A stretch of DNA of 64,000 bases, from NCBI GenBank assembly GCA_022840695.1, contig JALHDC010000001.1:169281-233280 (forward strand), in the 5' to 3' direction. Shown here piece by piece: positions 45,427 to 54,995 of the stretch. Position 1 is the stretch's first letter; every line of letters starts with the position of its first letter. The notes beneath the pieces were generated by a model. That model made no database searches. It saw only the letters and a program-made list of their open reading frames with translations, and was not told the origin of the DNA. The position numbers and the translations under genes were made by a program. Origin of the DNA: a bacterium. Lineage in GTDB: Bacteria; Patescibacteriota; Dojkabacteria; SC72.

Positions 45427-45570
45427 CAGTATTTCTAGTGTATGTAATTTTTAAGATAGTAGCATATCAAGTGTCAGTATAGCAAGAACTATGAGGTAAT
45501 ATATTTATACTTGTATTCTTTTTTCTTTTATGGATATAATCTCCAACGCTCTAAATTAATAGAATATACA

Positions 45571-46086
45571 ATGCATGAAATCTTTAAGAAGAGAAGAAGT
45601 ATTAGAGAATATAGTGATAAAGAGGTTACTGAGGAACAAATACACAATATTCTATGTTCTGCTATGGTTGCTCCCTCTGGTAATCATGCTAATCCGTGGG
45701 AATTTGTAGTAGTTAGAGAAAAAGAAAAATTATCCAAGTTAAGTAGATGTGGTAAATGGCAATCATTTGTTAAGGATTCTTCTGTAGCTATAGTCATAAT
45801 TGCAAAGGAAAGTGACACAGATATGTGGTTACAGGATTGTAGTATAGCTGCAGCACATATATATCTAGAAGTAGCTAATCAAGGATTAGGATGTTGTTGG
45901 GCTAATGTAAAGGATAGTAAAACAGAGGAGGGAGAGGATAGGGAGGAGTATGTTATAAAGGTATTAAATATTCCTAAGGAATATAGGGTTGTATGCATTA
46001 TGAGTATTGGATATCCACTAAAGGAAGTACAGGAACATTCAGAAGAGGAATATGATGAGACAAAGGTACATAGGGAGGTTTTCTAA
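45571..46086 (+). CDS. Nitroreductase-family protein (start at the internal Met; the track ORF begins at 45511)
   Basis: KKRRSIREYSDKEVTEEQIHNILCSAMVAPSGNHANPWEFVVV is the classical nitroreductase N-terminus. Confidence 0.75.
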   Translation: MHEIFKKRRSIREYSDKEVTEEQIHNILCSAMVAPSGNHANPWEFVVVREKEKLSKLSRCGKWQSFVKDSSVAIVIIAKESDTDMWLQDCSIAAAHIYLEVANQGLGCCWANVKDSKTEEGEDREEYVIKVLNIPKEYRVVCIMSIGYPLKEVQEHSEEEYDETKVHREVF

Positions 46087-46126
46087 TATACATATATTAT
46101 ACTAAATCTTTGAATCGTTCACAATA

Positions 46127-46156
46127 TTGACTCAATGTAATCATTTTTGCTAATAT
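46127..46156 (+). promoter_or_regulatory. Candidate promoter (-35 ttgact, 18-nt spacer, extended -10 tgctaatat) for the ABC exporter genes
   Basis: Read directly. It lies 29 nt upstream of the ATG at 46185. Confidence 0.35.
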
Positions 46157-46184
46157 GATGGACTTAATATATCATATTAACTAA

Positions 46185-47084
46185 ATGAGAAAAAAGAAAA
46201 AAGAAATTTCTTTTAAAGAGTATATTGATATAGCCTGGTGGTCTCTTAGGGTGAGCTGGGGAATATCAAAATGGGCTACATTGGGAGCATTATCAACTGA
46301 AGTCATTAGGAATCTCAGACCAATTATTAATACATATGTTTTTGCTAAGTTAATAGATAAGTTAGTAGCATGGGCTGTTAATGATTCTGCGAATATTAAG
46401 GATCTCTTTCCATATATTTTGATACTGTTAGTCTTAGACATATTCTTTTCAGCCATAGGAGAACTTCGTGGATACAGTACAGGAGTCTTGAGGAGATTAT
46501 CTGGATCATATCTGGATAAAATGGCTTATGAAAAAGTAAATTATCTTGGTGCTCAAACAATAGAATTACCAACTGTAGCTAATGCTCATCAAAGAATGAA
46601 AGATTGGTTAGGATTTACTTTGGAAGTTGGTGCTAATGTCTTAAGAATCATATCAGCAACAATCAAAACAATTGTTGCTGGAGTAATAATCTATAAATCT
46701 ATTCCAATAGTTATTCCAATGGTCTTGGCTGTTTCCTTTGCATTCTTTTTGCAAAGAAAATATTTCTTCAAGAAAGAATTTGATTGGCAAACAAATGATG
46801 ATCATGTTACTAGAAGAAGAATGAACGGTTGGGTAGCTGGAAGATTAGCAGATCCAAGAGACTTAGGGGAAATATCAATAACGGGAGCTTTTGGATATTT
46901 AAATAGAAAATTTGTTGAATTCTACAATTACTACAATCGTGGGCTTTTAAAAATAATGAAAAGTGCTACTCTTGGGAGCTTCCTACTTTCTGTATTAGGA
47001 AACTTTGTATTGATGGTAGGATATATACAGGTGTTTGGTCTTCTTTTGTTAAAAAAATATCCATTGGTGATACTACATTCTTGA
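46185..47084 (+). CDS. ABC exporter transmembrane domain (six TM), encoded as a separate ORF
   Basis: 299 aa with ABC_membrane-like six-helix topology. Its stop overlaps the start of the ATPase ORF (TGATG). Confidence 0.7.
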   Translation: MRKKKKEISFKEYIDIAWWSLRVSWGISKWATLGALSTEVIRNLRPIINTYVFAKLIDKLVAWAVNDSANIKDLFPYILILLVLDIFFSAIGELRGYSTGVLRRLSGSYLDKMAYEKVNYLGAQTIELPTVANAHQRMKDWLGFTLEVGANVLRIISATIKTIVAGVIIYKSIPIVIPMVLAVSFAFFLQRKYFFKKEFDWQTNDDHVTRRRMNGWVAGRLADPRDLGEISITGAFGYLNRKFVEFYNYYNRGLLKIMKSATLGSFLLSVLGNFVLMVGYIQVFGLLLLKKYPLVILHS

Positions 47085-48004
47085 TGAGTTCAATCGATAG
47101 CTTCTATGACGGAATAGAGTATCTTTTTGGTGAAATAGTTGTATTTAGAGACTTTGTTATGAAAAGCAGGGAGGTTTATAATTTCTTCAACTTAGAACCT
47201 TGTATCGAAGATGGAAATACTTTCCTTCCTCGATTTGAAGAACCACCTTTGATAGAGATAAAGAACATATCCTTCAATTATCCTAATGATAAGAGAAAGA
47301 TATTTGATAATTTCTCGTTAAGAATAGAGAAAGGAGAAAAAATAGCTATAGTAGGTGCAAATGGTGCAGGTAAAACAACCTTAGTTAAGTTACTTTCCCG
47401 TATCTATGACCCTTCGGATGGAGAGATATTTGTAAATGGTATTAGTCTAAAGGATATTAAGATAGATGATTGGTACAAGAATTTAGGAGTTCTTTTCCAA
47501 GACTATAACTTCTATGGGGAGTTAACTGTTGAGGAGAATATATATATGGGTAAGTCTGTTAAGAAGATAGATAAAGAAAAGATTATAGAAGCTGCTAAGA
47601 ATGCTGATGCTCACGAATTCATTATGAAGTATAAGCATAAATATAATACGATTATGAGTGAAAGGTTTAGAGAGGGGATAAGGCCAAGTAATGGACAGAA
47701 GCAAAAAATCGCTATTGCTAGATTCTTTTACAGAAATGCTCCTGTTGCTATATTTGATGAACCTACATCTGCAATAGATGCAGAATCAGAGTATAGAATA
47801 TTTAATAGAATATATGAATTTTTTGCTAATAAAACTGTATTAATAATTTCTCACAGATTTTCTACAGTTAGAAATGCAGATAGAATAATTGTATTAGATG
47901 AAGGAAAAATAGTAGAGGAAGGTACACATGGGGAACTAATGGCAAACAAGAAGAAATATTATGATGCTTTCACAAAACAGGCTGAAGGTTATACTAAGGA
48001 GTAG
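47084..48004 (+). CDS. ABC transporter ATP-binding domain (includes the linker region normally fused to the TMD)
   Basis: Walker A GANGAGKTTLVKLL. Signature-like SNGQKQKIAIARF, Walker B IFDEPTSAID, H-loop ISHR. Confidence 0.85.
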   Translation: MSSIDSFYDGIEYLFGEIVVFRDFVMKSREVYNFFNLEPCIEDGNTFLPRFEEPPLIEIKNISFNYPNDKRKIFDNFSLRIEKGEKIAIVGANGAGKTTLVKLLSRIYDPSDGEIFVNGISLKDIKIDDWYKNLGVLFQDYNFYGELTVEENIYMGKSVKKIDKEKIIEAAKNADAHEFIMKYKHKYNTIMSERFREGIRPSNGQKQKIAIARFFYRNAPVAIFDEPTSAIDAESEYRIFNRIYEFFANKTVLIISHRFSTVRNADRIIVLDEGKIVEEGTHGELMANKKKYYDAFTKQAEGYTKE

Positions 48005-48035
48005 ACCCTAAGGTCTACTCCTTAAATATCTATAC

Positions 48036-48650
48036 TTAGTTATTTCCTCTTCCGCTTGTACTACCTGATGAGTTCCCTGTATCACTACTATTTGAATTAT
48101 CTACATTCTGTTCCTGATTTTGTTGTTGAATCTGTGTATCAGTACCCTGATTCTGTAATGTATTCTTCTCCATCTCTAAGTTATCTCTAACCTCTTGTCC
48201 AATATTTCCATACTGCTCTTGTGCTTTAGTTGTTGTCTCTATTTGCTTCTGAATCTGCTCTTGATACTTGTTTTGAACTTGTTCCAAAGCCTTTACAACC
48301 TCTGTATTTCCTTTCTGTTCCATCTTCTCCTGTGTCTCTCCCAACTTTACAATCATTCTCTTTCTTTGTTCTTCCATCCTATTCATACACTCTTCTACAA
48401 CCTCCTCTGTTGCATCCTCTGTTCCAAGTATTTCTCCCAATTCTAATTCTCTCTCTTCCAAAATATTCTGCTCTAACTCAACCAATGCGACTTGATCTAA
48501 AGTGACTACCCTTTCCACACTCTCAAAGAAAAGATCAACAGGGTATAAAGTATCCAGTGGTGTAGCAGCATCTGCCTTTGTAGCTAGGAAATAACCTCCT
48601 ACACCTAGGATTACTACCACTCCTAGTAAAATAGAAAATACTTTCTTCAT
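48036..48650 (-). CDS. Secreted coiled-coil, Q/E-rich protein, hypothetical
   Basis: N-terminal signal/TM, low-complexity coiled coil. Confidence 0.3.
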   Translation of the reverse strand: MKKVFSILLGVVVILGVGGYFLATKADAATPLDTLYPVDLFFESVERVVTLDQVALVELEQNILEERELELGEILGTEDATEEVVEECMNRMEEQRKRMIVKLGETQEKMEQKGNTEVVKALEQVQNKYQEQIQKQIETTTKAQEQYGNIGQEVRDNLEMEKNTLQNQGTDTQIQQQNQEQNVDNSNSSDTGNSSGSTSGRGNN

Positions 48651-48722
48651 ATATATGATATATTTAATTTATATATATCTTAATATATTACACTCCTCCT
48701 ATTTAAGTTCAAGTTAAAAACT

Positions 48723-49427
48723 ATGAAAAAAATACTCTTAACCATACTATTTCTTTTAATTCCTTTTGGTATTACATATGCATATACATTGGAAGATGTG
48801 CAAGATCATAACACTCCTGGGGATTGTTGGATGATATTTGAGGAAAAGGTATATGACTTCTCAGAATATATACCATCTCATGACAAATATCTGGATATTA
48901 GAGAGTGGTGTGGTTTGGATATGACAGAAGATTTTAAGAGCAAGGGCGATTTAGGGAGAGATCATAGGGAATCAACATATGCTCTTCTAGAAATGTACGA
49001 GATTGGAGAGCTAGAAGCTACGGAGGGGAATGAGGTAGATTTAGTAGATGCAGAGATTATTTTGACTGAAGAGAGTAATGAAGATCAAGAGGTGGTAAAG
49101 GGTAGGAAGTATAATTTAGTTATACCTTTTCTCATATCAGTAATTACATATTGGAGTGGATATTTCTTAACTAAGAAAAATAAATTTTTTGGTTTAACAC
49201 TTGTTAAGTTTAATGCATTTTGGAATAGTATTCTTTTCTTAACACTACTTGTTCCTGCATTAGGGTTTGGGATTTTCATGGTAATTCGTACACAGAAACC
49301 TGAATTATGGAATATAGATTTTGATTTTCTGTATTGGCATGTAGAACTATCTATGGTTATGGGTATATTAGGGATGAATCATTTCATACAGCGGTTAGGA
49401 ATATATTTCAAACAATTGAAGAAGTAG
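48723..49427 (+). CDS. Cytochrome b5-like heme-binding domain protein, secreted/membrane (N-terminal signal, C-terminal TM helices)
   Basis: YTLEDVQDHNTPGDCWMIFEEKVYDFSEYI aligns with the b5 consensus (ytleEvakHn...cWvaihgkVYDvTkFl). The HPGG motif is replaced by PSHDKY. A second His lies in GRDHRES. Confidence 0.45.
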   Translation: MKKILLTILFLLIPFGITYAYTLEDVQDHNTPGDCWMIFEEKVYDFSEYIPSHDKYLDIREWCGLDMTEDFKSKGDLGRDHRESTYALLEMYEIGELEATEGNEVDLVDAEIILTEESNEDQEVVKGRKYNLVIPFLISVITYWSGYFLTKKNKFFGLTLVKFNAFWNSILFLTLLVPALGFGIFMVIRTQKPELWNIDFDFLYWHVELSMVMGILGMNHFIQRLGIYFKQLKK

Positions 49428-49488
49428 TGGTTTGACCAATTGGAATATATCTGCAAGAATATACAGTTAAATTTACACATATATATTA

Positions 49489-49692
49489 ATGAAAGTAAGT
49501 ATAGATAAAGAGAAGTGTTCTATGTGTGCTACATGTGTTGCAATATGTCCAGAAGTTTTTGAATTAAAAGATGATGGTAGTATAGATGTAAAGGATGAGT
49601 ATAAGGGGGTAGATGTACCTACAGAATTAGAAGCTAAGGTGCAGGAGGCTGCTTCTTCATGTCCATCTACAGCTATTGTAGTTGAAGCATAG
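49489..49692 (+). CDS. Ferredoxin (single [4Fe-4S]/[3Fe-4S] cluster type)
   Basis: 67 aa. CSMCATCVAICP ... SCP cysteine pattern. Confidence 0.75.
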   Translation: MKVSIDKEKCSMCATCVAICPEVFELKDDGSIDVKDEYKGVDVPTELEAKVQEAASSCPSTAIVVEA

Positions 49693-49695
49693 GTT

Positions 49696-50106
49696 ATGAG
49701 TGATTGTATATTTTGTAAGATAGTAAGTGGAGATATTCCCTCGTACAAGATATATGACGATGATAGGGTATTTGCTTTCTTAGATATTAAACCACTTAGT
49801 AAAGGTCATACATTGGTTCTGCCTAAGGAACATTTTGAAAATGTATTTGATATTCCTGAGGATTTGTATGCATATATGTTTGAGGTTGCTAAGAATATAT
49901 CTGCAAATATTAAGGAAAAATATCAACCTGAGGGAATTTTCATAAATCAAAACAATGGAGAGATGGCGGGACAGTCAGTACTTCATATTCATATACATGT
50001 AAAACCGATATATAACGAAAGTCAGAAACATAAAGAAGAAGATAAGGGAATGCAACTATCTACTGAAGAGATGGAAAAGATATGTAATGATTTAAAGATT
50101 GCCTAA
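49696..50106 (+). CDS. HIT-family (histidine triad) nucleotide hydrolase
   Basis: CIFCKIVSGDIPS...HLHIHIHV; the HxHxHxx motif is present. Confidence 0.9.
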   Translation: MSDCIFCKIVSGDIPSYKIYDDDRVFAFLDIKPLSKGHTLVLPKEHFENVFDIPEDLYAYMFEVAKNISANIKEKYQPEGIFINQNNGEMAGQSVLHIHIHVKPIYNESQKHKEEDKGMQLSTEEMEKICNDLKIA

Positions 50107-50934
50107 AAAATACAGTATTAATTCATCTATATACTCTGTATCTAAATCCCAATGACCTATACCCTCTACCGTGACTAATGGTATCTCTCTTCCCAATGAG
50201 CTTAGCCTATTCACAAATGTAGTACTCAATGAATACGGTACGTTCACATCGGCAGTACCATGCCATATCTGAATATCAATATCTGCTATCTTTTGTATCC
50301 TTGCTGTATTCCATTCCGCAGAGTATGTAGTTGGAGCAAGTAGTGCAATCTTGGATACCATTTCTGGATATGTAGTTGCAAAATTCATAGTAGGTAACCC
50401 TCCCATACTATATCCAATCATATATATCTTCTCTTGAGTATCGTAATTCTCTTTAATATATTCAATCATATTCAATGTATCCTGTATTGCTTGCGAGCTA
50501 CCCCAATTAGCACCATGTTGATTAGATGCTGCAAATATATAATTGTTTTTTGTAAATGCTTCTCCATACAGCTGTAAATCTTTCATAAAAGGATCTTCTG
50601 TATCTGTAGTGACTTCTGTATTAGAACCGTGACTGTATACTACAATGGTGGGAGTTGTAACTTCTGTAATCTTTTTCGGTCTAGCGATATATGCTATTTG
50701 TCCCTGTATATCTTGATATATCTCTTCATAGTGTGGAGTATCATATATATCTACCTTAATTTCTTCTTCATCCTTCTCTTCCTCTTCCTCTGTCTCAGCA
50801 TCAAATATCTCTACTCTAGGAAAAAGTACAGTGTATGCAAAGTATGTAGGTACTGAAAGGAGAATTAAGAAAAGTATTAATGCCAATATATCTGATGCAG
50901 TTATTTTTGCTTCTACCTTATTCATATTGCCCAC
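50092..50934 (-). CDS. Alpha/beta-hydrolase (esterase/lipase-like), membrane-anchored
   Basis: N-terminal TM helix, nucleophile elbow GYSMGG, and catalytic D/H candidates downstream. Confidence 0.6.
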   Translation of the reverse strand: MGNMNKVEAKITASDILALILFLILLSVPTYFAYTVLFPRVEIFDAETEEEEEKDEEEIKVDIYDTPHYEEIYQDIQGQIAYIARPKKITEVTTPTIVVYSHGSNTEVTTDTEDPFMKDLQLYGEAFTKNNYIFAASNQHGANWGSSQAIQDTLNMIEYIKENYDTQEKIYMIGYSMGGLPTMNFATTYPEMVSKIALLAPTTYSAEWNTARIQKIADIDIQIWHGTADVNVPYSLSTTFVNRLSSLGREIPLVTVEGIGHWDLDTEYIDELILYFLGNL

Positions 50935-51026
50935 ATCCTATTATATTCAGTTTTACTTAATGTGTCCATAAACGGTATAATATATATTACATAACTGTCT
51001 AGTATTTAAAATTAAAGTTTAGTTAA

Positions 51027-51779
51027 ATGGCAAATTCAAAAAAGAACGAGAAAGAAATGACTATTAACTTGGATACATTGGGAGTACCAATAGCTATCAT
51101 AGTATCAGGAATACTCATTGCTACAATGATATTTTTTGCTTCTAGGAATAATAACAATGTAGATAACGGAGCTGGGGATGATACTACTAATGTGGCTGAT
51201 GAGGGTACAGATGCACCTGTTGATTCTGAAATTAGTTTAGGTGATGATCCATATTTAGGAAATGCAGAGACTGCTAAAGTTGCTGTCATTGATTTCAGTG
51301 ACTATCAGTGTGGGTATTGTCAAAGACATAGTACTGAGGTATATCCAAGTATTAAGGAGAACTATATTGATACAGGGAAGATATTGTATGTATTTAAGGA
51401 ATTTCCTTTAAGTGGTGCTGGTCAGATTGGGTATGTAACTGCAGAGGGTGCATCATGTGTGTTCAATCTTTCAGATAGTGAGACATATGCTAAGTATCAT
51501 AAGGATGGATTCTTTCTTAATAGTAAGAGTGAGGTTGTATCATTGGCTACAAGCTTAGGTATAAATGAGGGTGAGTTTAATGCATGTTTAGATGAGGGTA
51601 AATATCAAGATGAGATAGAGGCAGATCAAACAGAGGGACAGGGTGCTGGTATTTCTGGTACTCCTGGTTTTGTAGTTGGATTGATAGGGGAGAATGGAGT
51701 TATACAGAATGCTACATTGATAGCAGGAGCATATCCATATGATACATTTGTTAATGCTATTGAGAAGTTATTAGAGTAA
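51027..51779 (+). CDS. DsbA-family thiol:disulfide oxidoreductase, membrane-anchored
   Basis: N-terminal TM. Thioredoxin fold with CGYC (FSDYQCGYCQRH) and the DsbA-like C-terminal GTPGFVV block. Confidence 0.7.
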   Translation: MANSKKNEKEMTINLDTLGVPIAIIVSGILIATMIFFASRNNNNVDNGAGDDTTNVADEGTDAPVDSEISLGDDPYLGNAETAKVAVIDFSDYQCGYCQRHSTEVYPSIKENYIDTGKILYVFKEFPLSGAGQIGYVTAEGASCVFNLSDSETYAKYHKDGFFLNSKSEVVSLATSLGINEGEFNACLDEGKYQDEIEADQTEGQGAGISGTPGFVVGLIGENGVIQNATLIAGAYPYDTFVNAIEKLLE

Positions 51780-51787
51780 TAGTTTTA

Positions 51788-52960
51788 CTATTTCTTCTTT
51801 ACAACCTTTTTAATAGTAACTTGCTTTTTAGCCATAGAGAAGTAATCATTCTTCATTCTGATTATTGCTCCTAATGCAAGTAATCCTATTATACTGCTAT
51901 AGAATCCTCCAACTACTGGAATTAGAGTAATTAGGACTGTAATAACTCTACCAATAAGGAATGATTTAAATGGTCTGTACTCTTTTACACCGAATAGTTC
52001 TAATACTTCTTTACCGAATGCTAACTCTACCCATACTTTTCCAAATATGAAAAGGAATGAGAGTAGTCCGGTTATGAGTAAAGCGAGGGGTGTCCCAATT
52101 ACTGAGAAAGAAAGAATTAATAATGGTAGAGGTATTATGACTGCAGCCAAGAAACCAATACCTAAACTACTTAGAAGGTCAGTTGTGGAATCAGTAATTC
52201 TTTTTCTAATCTCAATACTTTTTACAGGTGTTAATGTAATTAAAACAAATCCTACAAGTAGCATACTTAGGAAATTAATTAATATAATACTCAGGTTAAA
52301 TTTAAGATTTCTTTTTAATGTAGGCATATCTACATTAATACCATCATCAATATCTACTCCTTGTGATTTAGCAATATCCTTTAATGTAGTATTGTAGAAT
52401 ATATCTCCTGTTACATTCATATCATTTACAGTATGACCATCTCCTAATAGTATTGCATCACCTCTTACAATTGATTCAATATTGGATCTAAAACCTACAA
52501 TTCTAAGATCATCTCCTATTGTTCCTTTCATACTACTTTCTAAAAAGAAACCAAAGAGATCTTTCTGTGTATCGGCATTGTAGTTAAGTATTGAGGTCAT
52601 TATATATGTACTTTCTGCTAATGTTCCTTCTATAGATGTATTATTACCAAATACAAAAGTATTACCATATACTGTTGCATCTATGTTTATTTTTTCACCA
52701 ACCAAATATACATCTCCTGTTACTGTACCGTTTAGTTGTATTGTATTACCTAATACAACTACATCACCATTTACTACTCCATCTATTTTAAAGTCTTCCC
52801 CTACTGCATATATATCATCATCTATGCTTTGTTCTTGGGATAGGGTATATGATTTGAAATGGAATTGTGCAGCTTCTATTTTAGATGGAAGGAGAATAGA
52901 TAGTAATAGGAAGAGAAATGTAATGGGTAGTATCTTGTATATATTTTTAAATATATTCAT
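51788..52960 (-). CDS. Beta-helical repeat (bactofilin/DUF4097-like) protein with a C-terminal polytopic membrane domain
   Basis: Signal peptide, then repeating G-[DN]-[VT]-x-[VLI] units (GVVNGDVVVLGNTIQLNGTVTGDVYLVGEKINIDATVYGNTFVFGNNTSIEGT), then about 5 TM helices. Confidence 0.35.
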   Translation of the reverse strand: MNIFKNIYKILPITFLFLLLSILLPSKIEAAQFHFKSYTLSQEQSIDDDIYAVGEDFKIDGVVNGDVVVLGNTIQLNGTVTGDVYLVGEKINIDATVYGNTFVFGNNTSIEGTLAESTYIMTSILNYNADTQKDLFGFFLESSMKGTIGDDLRIVGFRSNIESIVRGDAILLGDGHTVNDMNVTGDIFYNTTLKDIAKSQGVDIDDGINVDMPTLKRNLKFNLSIILINFLSMLLVGFVLITLTPVKSIEIRKRITDSTTDLLSSLGIGFLAAVIIPLPLLILSFSVIGTPLALLITGLLSFLFIFGKVWVELAFGKEVLELFGVKEYRPFKSFLIGRVITVLITLIPVVGGFYSSIIGLLALGAIIRMKNDYFSMAKKQVTIKKVVKKK

Positions 52961-53066
52961 ATTTAGGACAGATTAGATTATTAGTATATGTTAGCAGATA
53001 TGAGTTTTTTGTGGAATAGGATTAAATGATTTGACGAGATTAGTAACTTCTTGGTAATATATTGGT

Positions 53067-53342
53067 ATGAAGAAAATAAAGAATTACACTACCACAGAGT
53101 TTTACAACAATCCTTCTAAAGCTTTAAACTATGTACGTGATGGAGGTGTTGTATATCTAGGGTATAAAAAGATAAAGGAGCCTATTGCAGTATTAACTAC
53201 CTATAAGGACTATACTTTCAAAAAAGAGTGTGTTGATAAGAGTAAATCTTTTTTGGAGAGGTACAAGGATAAAATAATGAGTGCCCCAGAATATCCAGAT
53301 AGTACCAAGTTAATCAGGGAGCAAAGAAATGCAGATGAATAG
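53067..53342 (+). CDS. Putative antitoxin partner of the PIN-domain protein
   Basis: 91-aa ORF overlapping the downstream PIN gene by 14 nt. Confidence 0.3.
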   Translation: MKKIKNYTTTEFYNNPSKALNYVRDGGVVYLGYKKIKEPIAVLTTYKDYTFKKECVDKSKSFLERYKDKIMSAPEYPDSTKLIREQRNADE

Positions 53343-53727
53343 GTATGTAGTAGATACAAGTTTTCTAGTTTCTTTCTTTAATAATAAAGATGTGAATCAT
53401 CTAAAGGCTTTGGAATTTATGAGTACTATGTATCATGAGTATTTAATAATCCCTACAGTTGTTATAGCTGAGTTAGCTAGTTTTAGAAAAAATAAAAAAT
53501 TTAGAGATTTAATAATAGGGAATGTTTTTAATATCGCATCGGAGATATGTTCGTTAAATGAGGCAAACATATTTGAATATCTCTCTTTTAGAGAGAATTT
53601 TGATATTAATTTGAGAGCAATGGATTCAGTAATTCTTTTTTCAGCGGTACAAGGTGATGCAGAGCTTTTAACTTTTGATGAAGAGTTATTAAAAGTGTAT
53701 TCTAAATTGCAAAAGCAAAGAAGCTAG
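53329..53727 (+). CDS. PIN-domain (VapC-like) ribonuclease toxin
   Basis: YVVDTSFLVSFF (Asp in first strand), later acidic residues (PTVVIAELAS, LTFDEEL), about 130 aa. Confidence 0.6.
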   Translation: MQMNRYVVDTSFLVSFFNNKDVNHLKALEFMSTMYHEYLIIPTVVIAELASFRKNKKFRDLIIGNVFNIASEICSLNEANIFEYLSFRENFDINLRAMDSVILFSAVQGDAELLTFDEELLKVYSKLQKQRS

Positions 53728-53912
53728 TATTTCCTTATAATCTAATAGAGTATACGGGTATATGACTAATCAGTTTTGTCTGGTAGAAGTTTTATTATTC
53801 TATCGGTGATTTCATCTTCTGATTCAGACACATATATTAAGATAATATCAAAACAAAGAGATTTAATGAAAATAGGTACATCCTTTCTTTAATTTTTCTA
53901 TGTCAATTTAGC

Positions 53913-53941
53913 ATTGAAGGAAATAAGACTATGCGATATAC
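53913..53941 (+). promoter_or_regulatory. Candidate promoter (-35 ttgaag, 17-nt spacer, -10 tatact) for the glycan-biosynthesis cluster
   Basis: Read directly in the 248-nt intergenic region upstream of 53976. Confidence 0.3.
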
Positions 53942-53975
53942 TAAGTGGAAATAAAATATAAAGACAAGAAGTCTA

Positions 53976-54995
53976 ATGATGAAACAAAATCAAGATATTT
54001 TTAAAGATAAAGTATTATTAATTACAGGTGGTACAGGTTCATTTGGAAATAGGGTTTTAAAAAGATTTTTGAATTCAGATATAAAGGAGATTAGAATATT
54101 TTCTAGGGATGAAAAAAAACAGGATGATATGAGAAAGAGATATGCAAACGATAAGATTAAGTTTTATATAGGTGATGTTCGTGATTTCAATTCAATAGAT
54201 AATGCAATGGTGGGAGTTGATTATGTATTCCAAGCTGCTGCCTTAAAACAAGTGCCATCTTGTGAATTCTTCCCTGTGGAAGCAGTGAAGACAAATATCT
54301 TAGGAACGGACAATGTTGTTAATTCAGCCATAAAGAATAAAGTTAAGAAAGTAATATGTTTGAGTACAGATAAAGCTGCATATCCCATCAATGCTATGGG
54401 TATGAGTAAAGCATTAATGGAAAAAGTAGCATTGGCAAAAGCAAGAACTGTAGATGGTAATGATACTACTATTTGTGTTACAAGATATGGAAATGTAATG
54501 GGTTCAAGAGGTTCTGTTATACCTCTTTTTTACAGGCTCATTGAAGAGGGAAAACCCCTAACTATCACCAATCCTGATATGACAAGATTTATGATGACTT
54601 TGGATGATGCTGTAGAGTTAGTATTGTTTGCATTTGAAAATGGCAGACCAGGAGATTTATTTGTTCAGAAAGCTCCGGCTGCGACTATAGAGACATTAGC
54701 AGAAGCTGTATGCAAGCATAAAGGAGTAGAAATAAATACAAAAATTATTGGTACAAGACATGGAGAAAAACAGGCTGAAACTTTAGTAACTAAAGAGGAA
54801 ATGTTAAGAGCAGAAGACTTAGGAAATTATTTTCGTATAGGAATGGATGATAGAGATCTTAATTATGAAAAATATTTTGAGAAAGGGATCAAAAGTATAG
54901 ATGATATATCTGAATACACTTCAGATAATACCACAAGATTAGATACTAACGGTATGATAGAACTCTTAATTAAAATGGGGGAAATAGAAGAATGA
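53976..54995 (+). CDS. UDP-N-acetylglucosamine 4,6-dehydratase/5-epimerase (CapE/FnlA/WbvB family)
   Basis: Near-canonical family sequence throughout (VLLITGGTGSFGN..., IRIFSRDEKKQDDMRK, YIGDVRD, FQAAALKQVPSCEF, CLSTDKAAYPINAMGMSKALMEK, TRYGNVMGSRGSVIPLF, IGTRHGEK). Confidence 0.85.
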   Translation: MMKQNQDIFKDKVLLITGGTGSFGNRVLKRFLNSDIKEIRIFSRDEKKQDDMRKRYANDKIKFYIGDVRDFNSIDNAMVGVDYVFQAAALKQVPSCEFFPVEAVKTNILGTDNVVNSAIKNKVKKVICLSTDKAAYPINAMGMSKALMEKVALAKARTVDGNDTTICVTRYGNVMGSRGSVIPLFYRLIEEGKPLTITNPDMTRFMMTLDDAVELVLFAFENGRPGDLFVQKAPAATIETLAEAVCKHKGVEINTKIIGTRHGEKQAETLVTKEEMLRAEDLGNYFRIGMDDRDLNYEKYFEKGIKSIDDISEYTSDNTTRLDTNGMIELLIKMGEIEE

